This document shows positions 1-10,329 of a stretch of DNA of 64,000 bases, piece after piece; the stretch's first letter is position 1, and every line of letters starts with the position of its first letter. The translations under genes were made by a program, and so were the position numbers. The notes beneath the pieces are model-generated. The model did not search any database. It was not told where the DNA came from and saw nothing but the letters and a program-made list of their open reading frames with translations. Source of the DNA: Psychrilyobacter atlanticus DSM 19335 (GTDB lineage: Bacteria > Fusobacteriota > Fusobacteriia > Fusobacteriales > Fusobacteriaceae); NCBI RefSeq assembly GCF_000426625.1, contig NZ_KE384547.1:1477159-1541158 (forward strand), written 5' to 3'.

Positions 1-750
1 CAGGATGAATATCACCATGAAATATCCCTTCATTAAATATATAGAAACTATGAATTCTAAAAAGCTCCAAAAGATTTTCATACGTAAGACATTCCTCTGT
101 TAAAAGGTGATCCAATGTATTCCCCTCGATATATTCAGATACAAGAATCCTTTGAGATGATAGCTCCTTGTATACCCAGGGAAAATTTAGAGTTTTCAAA
201 TCAAAGTTTTTCAAACTTAAATCCCTTATTTCTTTCAATTTTTCCATATCTGTATATTCATTTATAAGATTTAACTCCCTACCGGTATAATACCTAATGT
301 TTTCAAGAATCCCTTTGGGATCAAAGATCTTATTAAACTTTGGCCATACCATACCTATGAGGGTCACAAACCTCTCTACCTTTGAAATATCTCTAAAAAA
401 AGATTCTTTGAAGTCGCTTCTTATAATTTTTATAGCTACTTCTTCTCCGCTTTTTAAAATAGCTCTGTGAACCTGTCCCACAGAAGCCGAGGAAAAAGGC
501 TTTTCATCCCAAGAAGCTAGATTTTTTAGCAAAATATCATCTCCCTCTAATAGTTCTGATAAAGTCCTTTCTTCTGCCGGAAAACTATGAGTGTAGAGCT
601 GTGAAAGATGGGTACACATCTCTTCTCCTAAAAAATCAACCCTAAGAGCGTAGTGCTGAGCTATTTTTACGGCTAAAAGGCCCTGTTTTTGAATTTTATA
701 GAGATTGGGTGGTTTTTTTCTATAGAAGGAAAAAATAAGTCTTCCAAATC
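1..750 (-). CDS. ABC1/UbiB-family atypical protein kinase; C-terminus lies beyond the window edge
   Basis: The minus strand has an ATG at 750..748 and stays open to position 1. The translation MNIFGFGRL...KIAQHYALRVDFL...GQVHRAILKSGEEVAIKI matches the UbiB/AarF lysine motif. The six-frame track omits it because it is truncated. Confidence 0.55.
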
Positions 751-765
751 CAAAGATATTCATAA

Positions 766-2250
766 TCATTCCTCCTGATTTATTAAATCAGCTGTTATCT
801 TTCCTGATTCATAGATAGTAGGCAGCCCGCTTCCAGGATGAGTGCCTCCTCCTACTAAATAGAGATTCTTATAACCTTCAAGCTTATTGTGAGGTCTGAA
901 TATGAGCATCTGTGATACTTGATGTCCTAGATTAAATGTAGCTCCTAAAAACACATCTTTTTCCTCCTCCCAGTCTTTTGGAGTGATTATTTTTTCTGCT
1001 TCAATATGACGAGAAAGATCCTTAAATCCGCCCTTTGTTTCCAAGGCTTTAATAACTTTATCTCTGAAGATTTTTTTTTCTTTTTCCCAATCTATCTCAG
1101 ATTTATTATTAGGTACTGGAACAAGAATATAGAGAGTTGATTTTTCTTCTGGTGCCAAAGTAGAATCTGACACAGAGGCATTTTGGACATAGAGTGAAAA
1201 ATCATCTGAGAGAACCTTATTTTTGGTTATATCATCTATATTTGACTTATAATCTTCAGCAAACACAATATTATGGTGAGGTATATGATTGTATATCTTA
1301 TCTACTCCCAGGTATAGCATAAATGTAGAACATGAATATTTCTTTTTATATAGATTGGAATCAGAATATTTCTTCCTTAGATTTTTAGGAAAAAGTTTAG
1401 ACATTCCTTTAGCAAAATCAGCATTCATTATTATATGATCCCCTTTGACAATCTTACCGTCGTCTAGTTTTATTCCAACAGCCCTTTTACCTTCAAAAAT
1501 TATCTCCTCTACTGGAGAAGAAAGCTTTATATCTCCTCCTTGTTCTTTTATAACTTCTGCCATTGCCTGAGAAAGTTTATTTAACCCTCCCTCTACATGA
1601 TAAATACCATCACTATGTTCTAAATATGATATTATACTAAATGTCCCAGGAGCTTCCCAAGGTGACATTCCTATATATTTAGCTTGAAAAGTAAAAGCTA
1701 GTTTAAGCATGTCATCTTTAAAATATCTTTCTAGAGCACTATATAAAGACATGTGAGCATCTAAATATGGGAGAGCTTTTAAGAATCTAAGTTTAAGAAA
1801 ATCTTTCCAAGAACTATAAGGTACTTGAAGACAGGGTATTAGTTTTTTACACTTAATTTTCTCCCTTTTAAGATATGATAGGTAGCCTGAAGATTCTCCC
1901 GGGAATTTTTTTTCAATCTCTTCAATCATTTTTTCTTTGCGGTTAGAGGACCATGGATTAAATGATTTCCCGTCTCCAAATGTTAATCTATACATAGGGT
2001 TTATTTCTGTGAGTTTTACATAACCTTCTAATTTTCGACCTGTTTTTTCAAATATTTCCTCCAATATACTTTTCATAATAAAAAATGTAGGGCCCATATC
2101 AAAAGTATAATCACCTAAATTTATCGATGAATTTCTTCCTCCTATGTAGGCTTGTTTTTCAAATATACTTACTTTATATCCCATAGATGCCAGCAGCATC
2201 CCAGCTGAAAGGCCACCAGGGCCAGCACCAATTATCAATATATCTTTCAT
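766..2250 (-). CDS. FAD-dependent oxidoreductase of the phytoene desaturase (CrtI/CrtN) family
   Basis: N-terminal dinucleotide-binding motif IIGAGPGGLSAG...E.....GGR. Length of 494 aa fits the family. C-terminal GGGTHPGSG motif is typical of CrtI-like amine oxidases. Confidence 0.6.
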   Translation of the reverse strand: MKDILIIGAGPGGLSAGMLLASMGYKVSIFEKQAYIGGRNSSINLGDYTFDMGPTFFIMKSILEEIFEKTGRKLEGYVKLTEINPMYRLTFGDGKSFNPWSSNRKEKMIEEIEKKFPGESSGYLSYLKREKIKCKKLIPCLQVPYSSWKDFLKLRFLKALPYLDAHMSLYSALERYFKDDMLKLAFTFQAKYIGMSPWEAPGTFSIISYLEHSDGIYHVEGGLNKLSQAMAEVIKEQGGDIKLSSPVEEIIFEGKRAVGIKLDDGKIVKGDHIIMNADFAKGMSKLFPKNLRKKYSDSNLYKKKYSCSTFMLYLGVDKIYNHIPHHNIVFAEDYKSNIDDITKNKVLSDDFSLYVQNASVSDSTLAPEEKSTLYILVPVPNNKSEIDWEKEKKIFRDKVIKALETKGGFKDLSRHIEAEKIITPKDWEEEKDVFLGATFNLGHQVSQMLIFRPHNKLEGYKNLYLVGGGTHPGSGLPTIYESGKITADLINQEE

Positions 2251-2273
2251 CCTCTGCCTCCCTGTTAATATTT

Positions 2274-5030
2274 TTATAAATTAAATGTATTTTTTTCTAA
2301 ATATTCTTTTATTTTTTCTATTGGTACAGGTTCGCTAAAGTAATATCCCTGTATTTCATCACATTTATAAGTTTTTAAAAAATCAAACTGTTCTTTTGTT
2401 TCTACTCCTTCTGCTACAACTTTAAAACCTAAATTATGAGCCATTAAAATTATAGTTTTTACCATTACTTTATCTTCTTCATTAGTTGCAATTCCATCTA
2501 TAAAATTTTTATCTATTTTTAACCTATCTATAGGAAATTTTTTAAGATAGCTTAGAGATGAATAACCGATCCCAAAATCATCTATAGCCAATTTTATTTC
2601 TAAATCCTTTAACTTTAACATAGTATCCATACTCTTAGATATATCATCCATCAGTATAGATTCTGTTAATTCTAGTTCTATGTGTTTCAAATCTATCTTT
2701 TCTTTATCTAAAACATCTTCAATCATTTTAGGTAGATCACTGTGTTTTATCTGATACCCAGAGATATTAATAGATATATATATATCAGGATCTATCTCAA
2801 CAACTTTTTTTACTTGAGAGAAAACTTTTTCTAAGACCCACCTTGTCATAGGAACTATAAGTCCACTGTCTTCTGCTATACTTATAAATTCATTCGGTGA
2901 AACAACTCCAAATTCAGGATTTTTCCAACGAATAAGTGCTTCACAGGAAATAATTTTTTTTGTTACTGCATTTATTTGCGGCTGATACTCAAGATAAAAT
3001 TCATCTTCTTTTAACGATTTCCTCATTCTATTTTCAAGATCAAGATTTTTCATAAATTTAGAATTCATATTTTCTGTATAGAACTTATAGTTATTTCTTC
3101 CAGATTCTTTAGCATGATACATAGCTGTATCTGCATTTTTTATGAGTTCATTTAAAGAGTTACCATCTAAAGGATAGAGACTTACACCTATGCTGGTAGT
3201 TATAAAAAGATCTTTTCCTCCAATATTAAATGGAAATTTAAAAACATTTAATATGCTCATTACTAGTTTTTTTAAATTATCGATAGAATCAAAAGATGGT
3301 ATTAAAACCACAAATTCATCTCCACCAAACCTTGCGATGATTTCATCTTCTAATTTTATTTCTTTTAAAGACTTTGATACTTTTTTTAAAAGTTCATCCC
3401 CAGAAGAGTGTCCCAATGTATCATTTATATTTTTAAACCTGTCTAAATCTAAAAACATAAAAGCTATCCTTGTTTGATCTGGGTCAGCATTTATAATTAA
3501 ACTTTCTGCCTTACTATTAAAAAATTCTCTGTTGGGCAGATCTGTTAATGAATCATAATATGCCAGATGTTGAATCTGCTTTTTTATATGTTCTTGATTT
3601 GCAAGATCTGAAAACATAGCAATGTGATAATCTATCTTATTTTTATTATTTCGTATTGTTATTATATTTAACCATTCAGGAGAAATTTTGCCATTTTTTT
3701 TCTTATCCCAAATTTCACCCTGCCAGTTCCCATTATATTTAATCGACTTCCACATTTCCTTGTAAAAATATGGTTTATGATGATTGGATCTTAAAATTTT
3801 AGGATCATACCCAATTAAATCTCTTTTCAAATATCCGCTATTTTTTAAAAATGATTTATTGACAGAAACAATTTTATTGTATCTATCTGTAACTATCACA
3901 CCTTCAGGTGTATTTTCTAAGATTTCAGTAAATAAATTTAATTTTTTTTGAGATTCTTCAGATTTATTTGCTAAATTTCCAATTTTATTGGTATATTTAA
4001 TTTTTTTATAGACATATATACTCCACATTAAAGCTATAGTATTAAAAAAAATAAAAATTATCCAATCCCATTTTATAAATTTATTTACAAAAAATGATTT
4101 TCCTGGGATAAATCTAATTTTCCAATTTCGATTTGGAAAATCTACAAAATTTTCAAAATAGAGATCTGAATATTGATACAGTTCTAACCTTTTAAAATAA
4201 TTCTCAGTTGTATAAATTTCAATATTTTTATTTTCTGTGGCATCATAGATCTGAAACTCTAAATTATTTATTTTTAATAGATCTAAAGAAGAATCTATAA
4301 AATCATCTATTTTAAAAACTCCTGAGATAAAACCCAATACTTCTCCTTTAGAATTAAATCCATTTTTATATACAGGGTTTAAAAGAAGAAATATATCTTT
4401 CTCTCTTTTTCTTTGAATTAACCTAATCTTTGATGTCCCTACTACTTTTCCGATTTTTGAGGAGTTCAAAATTGCTTCTGATCTATTTTTATTAGCAAAC
4501 AAATCCAATCCTAAAATACCCTCATATCCCCTAAACGGTTCAATGTAATATATAGGATAATATTGCATTGATCTTTCTCTTTTTTTGATCTCACCGGAAT
4601 TCCCTATTTCAGTAAATTTAAAGTTCTTATATCCCTGTTTTTGAGCTAACCTCTCATATCTGTTTCTTTCGTCATCGCTGACTAGAGGTACCCATAAAAA
4701 AGCCTGAATTCTTCTATTTTCCTCTAAAAAATAGTTTGTAAATTTTTTAAATTGTTCTCTATCTACATTTTTAGAAGTTATAAATAATTGTTTTACAGTA
4801 TTTAAAGTATCTACATTTTTAGTCAATTCTGAATTAAAAGTCCTCAAATAATTTTCTCTTTCTACTCTAAATTTATGCTGAATAAATTTATTTTCTATAG
4901 TTCTAATTTCATAAAATATTAAATAGGATAATAAAAATCCAACAAAAAAAATAGAGTAAGATGGTATATAACTTTTATTAGTATTTGATCTCATAATAAC
5001 CTCCATAGATTTTACTTGATTTATCATCAT
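2274..5030 (-). CDS. Membrane sensor protein with diguanylate cyclase and phosphodiesterase domains (periplasmic sensor-TM-PAS-GGDEF-EAL)
   Basis: N-terminal TM helix and an extracytoplasmic domain, then a second TM. GGDEF motif RFGGDEF with upstream DxLT. EAL motif EALIRW, followed by the DDFG(T/I)GYSS signature. Confidence 0.75.
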   Translation of the reverse strand: MMINQVKSMEVIMRSNTNKSYIPSYSIFFVGFLLSYLIFYEIRTIENKFIQHKFRVERENYLRTFNSELTKNVDTLNTVKQLFITSKNVDREQFKKFTNYFLEENRRIQAFLWVPLVSDDERNRYERLAQKQGYKNFKFTEIGNSGEIKKRERSMQYYPIYYIEPFRGYEGILGLDLFANKNRSEAILNSSKIGKVVGTSKIRLIQRKREKDIFLLLNPVYKNGFNSKGEVLGFISGVFKIDDFIDSSLDLLKINNLEFQIYDATENKNIEIYTTENYFKRLELYQYSDLYFENFVDFPNRNWKIRFIPGKSFFVNKFIKWDWIIFIFFNTIALMWSIYVYKKIKYTNKIGNLANKSEESQKKLNLFTEILENTPEGVIVTDRYNKIVSVNKSFLKNSGYLKRDLIGYDPKILRSNHHKPYFYKEMWKSIKYNGNWQGEIWDKKKNGKISPEWLNIITIRNNKNKIDYHIAMFSDLANQEHIKKQIQHLAYYDSLTDLPNREFFNSKAESLIINADPDQTRIAFMFLDLDRFKNINDTLGHSSGDELLKKVSKSLKEIKLEDEIIARFGGDEFVVLIPSFDSIDNLKKLVMSILNVFKFPFNIGGKDLFITTSIGVSLYPLDGNSLNELIKNADTAMYHAKESGRNNYKFYTENMNSKFMKNLDLENRMRKSLKEDEFYLEYQPQINAVTKKIISCEALIRWKNPEFGVVSPNEFISIAEDSGLIVPMTRWVLEKVFSQVKKVVEIDPDIYISINISGYQIKHSDLPKMIEDVLDKEKIDLKHIELELTESILMDDISKSMDTMLKLKDLEIKLAIDDFGIGYSSLSYLKKFPIDRLKIDKNFIDGIATNEEDKVMVKTIILMAHNLGFKVVAEGVETKEQFDFLKTYKCDEIQGYYFSEPVPIEKIKEYLEKNTFNL

Positions 5031-5132
5031 TTAATAATAAAAAATTTTAGCTCTATTTCTCCCCCTAACTCTATCTAAATTATAATGAAGTAACGCATTA
5101 TTTCCTTTAAAAAACTTTAAATAAGTAATATA

Positions 5133-5172
5133 AAAAGGAGACAGTAAAATCTATCTCCTTTTTGTATTTTCT
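5133..5172. terminator. Bidirectional intrinsic terminator
   Basis: AAGGAGAcagtaaaatctaTCTCCTT stem-loop flanked by A-runs and T-runs. Lies downstream of the 5215..5610 minus-strand gene. Confidence 0.4.
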
Positions 5173-5214
5173 ATTTTTTCCTCTACAGAATTTTTAGTTT
5201 ATTAGTAAAAATAT

Positions 5215-5610
5215 TTAAATCCCTAATTCTTCCACATCAATACCTAAATACATAGCATATACCATAGGAATGAACATACCGTATCCAAGAAGAGCGACCG
5301 ACTCTCCATCAACTCCTAAATAATATGGATTGTAACCATCTGTTGTTACTTTCCATTGAATTAAAAGATCTATTTTCTTTTTTGTATTAGGATTAACTAA
5401 GGTCCCTTTAAATTCTACAAAATTTCCTTCTTCATCTTCAAAATGTAACCACTGTTCATTTTTGCTTACCTTATCCAATACTTTTCCAAACTCAACTTTG
5501 GGGTACATATTCAAATGAGAACTTTTAACTTTTTCTATATACTCATCTTTTTTCCCACACGCAACAAATATGAACACTACTGTTAAAATCATTAACATTT
5601 TTTTAATCAT
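5215..5610 (-). CDS. Hypothetical lipoprotein
   Basis: Signal peptide with lipobox (FVAC-GKK). No recognisable domain. Confidence 0.4.
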   Translation of the reverse strand: MIKKMLMILTVVFIFVACGKKDEYIEKVKSSHLNMYPKVEFGKVLDKVSKNEQWLHFEDEEGNFVEFKGTLVNPNTKKKIDLLIQWKVTTDGYNPYYLGVDGESVALLGYGMFIPMVYAMYLGIDVEELGI

Positions 5611-5744
5611 TTTACTTTCCCCCTTAATATTTTTTATTCCACTACTTCTAATTAAGATAATTATGGATATTTTAACTTTTTTTTAGTGTTTTCGCAACAA
5701 ATTTAATCTTTTTTTAACCACATATATTGTTTTAAACTTCTTGT

Positions 5745-5781
5745 ATAAAAAAATGCCCAAAATATTTTGGACATTTTTTTA
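5745..5781. terminator. Bidirectional intrinsic terminator after the VOC gene
   Basis: Perfect palindrome CCCAAAATATTTTGG, flanked by an A7 run upstream and a T7 run downstream. Confidence 0.45.
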
Positions 5782-5786
5782 TTGAG

Positions 5787-6161
5787 TCAATCTTCATTGT
5801 CTGCTGTTAATATTTCCAACAAATGACCATCTAGATCTCTAAAATAAACTCCACGGCCACCATGGCGATTGTTGATCTTACCATCTTTATCTGAATACGG
5901 TCCGCTACCAAAAGCAATATTATCAGTTTTTAGATGTTTAAATATTTTATCAAATTGCTGATCATTAACTTTAAAAGCATAATGGTTTTTAGAAAAATGA
6001 TCTCGTGTATCAAAATCTAAAGTTAATGTTGAATTAACCTCTACTACTGCGAAGTGACCCAACTCTTTAATAAATTTAAATCCAAATATTTTTTCATAGA
6101 ACTTCGCAGACTCAACATTATTCTTTGAAGGTACAATTGTATGATTCAATGTAATTTCCAT
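5787..6161 (-). CDS. VOC (glyoxalase/bleomycin-resistance/dioxygenase) family protein
   Basis: 124 aa. Beta-alpha-beta-beta-beta pattern with conserved H and E positions typical of the glyoxalase I-like fold. Confidence 0.5.
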   Translation of the reverse strand: MEITLNHTIVPSKNNVESAKFYEKIFGFKFIKELGHFAVVEVNSTLTLDFDTRDHFSKNHYAFKVNDQQFDKIFKHLKTDNIAFGSGPYSDKDGKINNRHGGRGVYFRDLDGHLLEILTADNED

Positions 6162-6194
6162 ATTTCACCTCCTTTTTAGATGACCTGTTTATTT

Positions 6195-7178
6195 TTAAAT
6201 TTTACTTTTTAACATCTCACTAAACTTTTTCTCTAAAGGATAAACTTTATATTTCCCCAACAAATTATTCTCTAAACAATATTTAAAAGTTTCTTCCACC
6301 CCTTCTTTAAAACTGTAGTCTATTGATCCGCCTTTTTCATCGAGTTTGGAAATATCCCCATATAAATTTTCGGTCCTAAAAGGAAACCATTCTCTTACTT
6401 TAATATTACTATCATCTACCTCTTTAATTATAGCTTTTTTCCCTATTACTTCTTCCATAACATTTATCATTTGTTTAAAATTCATATATTCATTTCCTGA
6501 TATATTGAAAATGTTGTTATTGAAATTATGATCTCTAACAGCTTTAAAAATATTATTCGCTAGATCTTTAACATATCCAAATTGAATAATTGTATCCTTT
6601 GAAGGTACAAAAATTGTTTTTCCATCTAAAATTCGATTAAAAAAATAAGTTTCTCTATCCAAGTTATTTCCAGCACCAAAAATATAAAAAGGCCTAAAGA
6701 CAATAAAATTAGAAGCATTCCTCATAGAAAATTCTTTAAGCGTCTCTTCACATAAAAACTTATTTAAAGCGTAATTTCCCCATCTGAAATTCCCACCTAT
6801 TTCATCCTCTTCTTTTGCCGGTGCTTTTTTTATATCTTGATAAACAGAAGCACTGCTTATAAGTATATATTTTTTATACTTTCCCTTAAGAACCTCTAAA
6901 GACATTTTTATTTGCTCTGGCTCATAAGCAGATACATCAATAATAGCTTCAAACTTATGTGAATCTAAAAGACAATGTAAATCCAGAAGGTTATGTAAAT
7001 CTAAGATATTATACAACTCCTTTTTTTTATTTCTATCTCCCTTTATATGAATTGCTCCTGTAGGATTACTTCTTGTACCTCTATTAAAAGCATATACCTG
7101 AAATTTTTCAGCTATTAACTTTTCACATATATGTCTTCCTAGAAATTGATTCCCTCCTAAAATTAAAACTTTTTTCAT
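6195..7178 (-). CDS. NAD-dependent epimerase/dehydratase family protein (extended SDR)
   Basis: N-terminal Rossmann motif LILGGNQFLGRH. About 327 aa. YxxxK-like catalytic region. Confidence 0.6.
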   Translation of the reverse strand: MKKVLILGGNQFLGRHICEKLIAEKFQVYAFNRGTRSNPTGAIHIKGDRNKKKELYNILDLHNLLDLHCLLDSHKFEAIIDVSAYEPEQIKMSLEVLKGKYKKYILISSASVYQDIKKAPAKEEDEIGGNFRWGNYALNKFLCEETLKEFSMRNASNFIVFRPFYIFGAGNNLDRETYFFNRILDGKTIFVPSKDTIIQFGYVKDLANNIFKAVRDHNFNNNIFNISGNEYMNFKQMINVMEEVIGKKAIIKEVDDSNIKVREWFPFRTENLYGDISKLDEKGGSIDYSFKEGVEETFKYCLENNLLGKYKVYPLEKKFSEMLKSKI

Positions 7179-7464
7179 TTAGTCCCTCCATGCTTATCTC
7201 GGATATTAAAAAATAAATAATTTTATTTAGTTATTTTCTTCCTTTTATCTGATTTACAATTTTTTCCATAATTTCCTTTATAAAATCATAAGATAACACA
7301 GAAAACAAAACATTTAAGATATAATCGTTGTGTAAATAGGAGTTCAGCAATACTTATCGCATACAAAATAATTTTTTAATATATTGTAACTTTATTTTAA
7401 TTTTGCTACAATTAATTATTAAGTAAATATTAAGCAAACGCTTTCAAATACAAGGAGGAATAAT

Positions 7465-8502
7465 ATGAAAAAACTATCGATTATGCTTGCAGCTATAGCA
7501 ATCAGCGGAATAACTTATGGAGCTCAATTAGAACTTAAAGGCGGCTTTGAACCTTGGAGAGAAGGTAACAATTCGTACTCAAGCTTTGATAACGGAGGAA
7601 GTTTAGGAGCTGAGCTTTTATTTAATGCTGAAAATATGCCTTTTGATTACGGTATTGGTATGGAATGGAAATCTGAATTCTCTGGTGGAGATGGAAATAA
7701 TGTATTAGCAGAAACAAAAGCAAATGCTTTCCCTATATATTTGACAGGTAAATATGGAATCGGAGAAGATTTGTTTTATTTAGTCGGTAGAGCTGGATGG
7801 TCAATCTATGACAATTCTAGTGCTAAAGATGGATTTTATGGTGCTGTTGGTATAGGAAAAGAACTTGGAAACTTCACTCTAGAAGCTCTCTATGAAACTA
7901 TGGATCTAAGTGGTTCTTCTAACATGTATTCAGGTGATAGAGCTAACTTAGCTTCTATCAAGTTTGGTTATAAATTTGGTGAAAACAAGAGAGATGTAAT
8001 CTCAAGAGAAAAAGAAGCCGCTGCTAAAGCTGAATATGAAAAACAGCAGGCAGAAATAAAAAAATTAGAAGAAGAGAATAGATTAGCCCAGGAAAGGCAG
8101 GTAGAGGAGCAAAATAGATTAGCTCAAGAAAAAGCTCTCAGAGAAACCATGCTTGATAAATACAGCTCTTTAGTAGTTACAGAAAATTATGAAACTAATA
8201 AATTAGAGTCTGATAGTAATAATGAATCATTCTTCAAAAACATCGATAATGATTTAACTGCAGAATCAGGAACACTTAAAGTGACTAGTTATACTGATAA
8301 CAGAGGTTCTGAAGAATATAATCAATCTATTTCCCAACAAAGAGCCGATAAGGTAGCTGACAAAATCAAATCAAACCTTACTAATGAAAATATTGAAGTT
8401 ATATCAGAAGGATTAGGAGAAACTAATTTCTTAAATGATAACGCTACTTTTGAACAAAGAAAAGCTAATAGAAGAACAGAAATTAATTTTATAGCTAAAT
8501 AA
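7465..8502 (+). CDS. OmpA-family outer-membrane protein (N-terminal beta-barrel, coiled-coil linker, OmpA-like C-terminal domain)
   Basis: Signal peptide. Aromatic-rich alternating beta-strands. Coiled-coil segment with EENRLAQE repeats. C-terminal OmpA_C motif TDNRGSEEYNQSISQQRADKV. Strong RBS AAGGAGG. Confidence 0.7.
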   Translation: MKKLSIMLAAIAISGITYGAQLELKGGFEPWREGNNSYSSFDNGGSLGAELLFNAENMPFDYGIGMEWKSEFSGGDGNNVLAETKANAFPIYLTGKYGIGEDLFYLVGRAGWSIYDNSSAKDGFYGAVGIGKELGNFTLEALYETMDLSGSSNMYSGDRANLASIKFGYKFGENKRDVISREKEAAAKAEYEKQQAEIKKLEEENRLAQERQVEEQNRLAQEKALRETMLDKYSSLVVTENYETNKLESDSNNESFFKNIDNDLTAESGTLKVTSYTDNRGSEEYNQSISQQRADKVADKIKSNLTNENIEVISEGLGETNFLNDNATFEQRKANRRTEINFIAK

Positions 8503-8513
8503 ATATAACAATG

Positions 8514-8546
8514 AAAGCAGGGTGATTACACCCTGCTTTCAATTTA
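8514..8546 (+). terminator. Intrinsic terminator of the OmpA gene
   Basis: GCAGGGTGattaCACCCTGC hairpin followed by TTTCAATTT. Confidence 0.5.
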
Positions 8547-8620
8547 CTCACTATTTTTATACATTTAATAATTCATATTAAATTTTTAGTCCCCATTCAT
8601 AATTTTTGTTTTTAAACCAT

Positions 8621-8962
8621 CTAATCTATTTTTTCTCCTTCTGTTTCAAGAATATTTCTTCCCCATTTTTCCATAAGGTCTAATATCTCTCCTAGTCCTT
8701 TTCCTTTAGAAGTTATTTTATATTCTACTCTAGGAGGAACTTCCGGGTAAACAGTCCTTTCTATAAACCCATTTTTTTCTAATTCTTTTAGATGTTCGGA
8801 TAATACTTTTTTACTTATGCCAGGAACTATTTTTTGTATTTCACTAAATCTTAAAATTTCTTTATTAAGGTGCCATACAATAAGCGACCTCCACTTACCG
8901 CCTAATACATCTATTGTAGTTTCTATAGGACATTTATACTCCTTATTGTTCCACCTATACAT
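8621..8962 (-). CDS. HxlR-family winged-helix transcriptional regulator
   Basis: CPIETTIDVLGGKWRSLIVWHL is the classic HxlR N-terminal motif. 113 aa. Divergent to a VOC gene, the typical HxlR/VOC pair. Confidence 0.7.
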   Translation of the reverse strand: MYRWNNKEYKCPIETTIDVLGGKWRSLIVWHLNKEILRFSEIQKIVPGISKKVLSEHLKELEKNGFIERTVYPEVPPRVEYKITSKGKGLGEILDLMEKWGRNILETEGEKID

Positions 8963-9221
8963 AACTTTCCTCCTAATCCTTCATTATTTACTATTATTCT
9001 ATCATGATATAATAACTTTTCCTCTATTTATTCCATTTCATTATTTTTTTCAAAAAAGTTTTTTCCTTCTAAGACAGTCTTTTTCATAAAAGGAACCTTT
9101 AGGTAACCTGACTACTAAAAAGTGCCTTCTTCATAAACTTTTTTATCTATGTTATTCTTACTCTATATTAGAAGAGTAGCAAGGAATTTATTAGTGTTCA
9201 TATATAATTTAGGAGGTAACA

Positions 9222-9734
9222 ATGAGATATCCAAGAGCGTTTTCACATATTGGAATTACAGTGTCAGATTTAGATAAAGCGGTTAAGTTTTATGAAGAGG
9301 TTATGGGTTGGTATATTATTATGAAACCCAGTGAAGTAGTAGAAGAAAAAGAAACGGCAATAGGTCAGATGTGTATAGATGTCTTTGGTGAAGGATGGGG
9401 TACATTTAGAATAGCTCACCTTTCTACTGCAGATGGTATAGGAATTGAGCTGTTCGAATTTCCTAATAACACTAAACCACAGGCTGAGTTTAAACCTTTC
9501 CAAACTGGTGTATTTCACTTTTCGGTAAAAGATCCAGATGTAGAAGGTTTGGCAGCTAAAATAGTAGAAGGTGGGGGAAAACAAAGAATGCCAATAAGAG
9601 AATACTATCCAGAAGATAAGCCATACAGAATGGTCTATATGGAAGATCCTTTTGGAAATATTATAGAAATTTACTCTCATTCATATGAACTTCACTATGG
9701 TGCAGGTGCATATCAACACGAATTAAATAAGTAA
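9222..9734 (+). CDS. VOC/glyoxalase-family protein
   Basis: FSHIGITVSDLDKAVKFY... glyoxalase-like N-terminus. 170 aa. Divergent from the HxlR regulator. Confidence 0.6.
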   Translation: MRYPRAFSHIGITVSDLDKAVKFYEEVMGWYIIMKPSEVVEEKETAIGQMCIDVFGEGWGTFRIAHLSTADGIGIELFEFPNNTKPQAEFKPFQTGVFHFSVKDPDVEGLAAKIVEGGGKQRMPIREYYPEDKPYRMVYMEDPFGNIIEIYSHSYELHYGAGAYQHELNK

Positions 9735-9773
9735 ATCAAAATTAACTTTAACAATAAAAATGTCTATTTAGCC

Positions 9774-9819
9774 GAATATATAAGAACTAAAAAAGCAGGA
9801 TGAAGCCCATCCTGCTTTT
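9774..9819. repeat. attL-like direct repeat containing a terminator hairpin
   Basis: ATAAGAACTAAAAAAGCAGGATGAAGCCCATCCTGCTTTT is identical to 60379..60418. The hairpin GCAGGATG/CATCCTGC lies at 9795..9815. Five more flanking bases match with one mismatch. Confidence 0.7.
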
Positions 9820-9863
9820 TTTGTAAATTAAGCTAACATAGCCTAAAATAAATAATTTCCTAA

Positions 9864-10289
9864 TTAGTCTACCCGTTTTTTTACCTTAGATGGGGTTTTC
9901 AAACGGAAATCATTTGTTTTTAACTGATAAACATCTGTTTCCCAGGTTGCTCCCAATTCATAGATATGCCATTCCATTTCCTTGGGGAGAATTTTTTTTT
10001 CGAGAAGATTATTTAAACCTTGAATTGCTTCTTCAACACTGCAATAAACCACACCATCACCATAGCTTCCATCTGCCTCTAAAAAGGACTTAGGGAAAGT
10101 TGGAGGCACTTGATCAGCCAGAATAACTCCTAATTTTATAACAGGCTTCCCATTTTCAAGTGATTTATCATAATTAATATCTGCAATTGTGTAAACGCCT
10201 GAACATCTACTGTTTTGTTCTTCACCTAAAGCCAAGCTATAAAAAGCTAAAATCATAATAACTAAAATTACAAATACATTATTTTTCAA
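9864..10289 (-). CDS. Hypothetical secreted protein (prophage cargo, next to the att site)
   Basis: 141 aa. N-terminal signal peptide. RBS GAGGGAG. No recognisable domain. Confidence 0.4.
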   Translation of the reverse strand: MKNNVFVILVIMILAFYSLALGEEQNSRCSGVYTIADINYDKSLENGKPVIKLGVILADQVPPTFPKSFLEADGSYGDGVVYCSVEEAIQGLNNLLEKKILPKEMEWHIYELGATWETDVYQLKTNDFRLKTPSKVKKRVD

Positions 10290-10329
10290 AATTTCATCTC
10301 CCTCAATTACTTTTCGGACTAATCCATCT

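Noticed and set aside
3190-3477. Opposite-strand ORFs lying inside long minus-strand genes. Examples are 3190..3477, 6346..6531, 8817..9089, 9270..9680, 9890..10093, 18392..18815, 20611..20814, 22023..22283, 23001..23785, 24721..25014, 25279..27726, 28967..29269, 29821..30015, 32392..32655, 33451..34185, 35941..36270, 39583..39941, 40359..40617, 42087..42308, 44107..44316, 44561..44875, 45067..45756, 49727..50038, 50252..51069, 59032..59691, 60823..61332 and 62920..63591.
   Set aside because: They lie antisense within well-supported genes. They have low-complexity translations and no RBS. They are typical AT-rich shadow ORFs.
8962-9222. TACTCT-n8-AGAGTA inverted repeat in the HxlR/VOC divergent promoter as an HxlR operator.
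   Set aside because: It is plausible, but a single short inverted repeat in AT-rich DNA is not distinguishable from chance by eye.
9774-9819. tRNA or tmRNA gene as the integration target.
   Set aside because: No cloverleaf or T-loop (GTTCRANYC) is present. The repeat is a simple terminator hairpin between two protein-coding genes.
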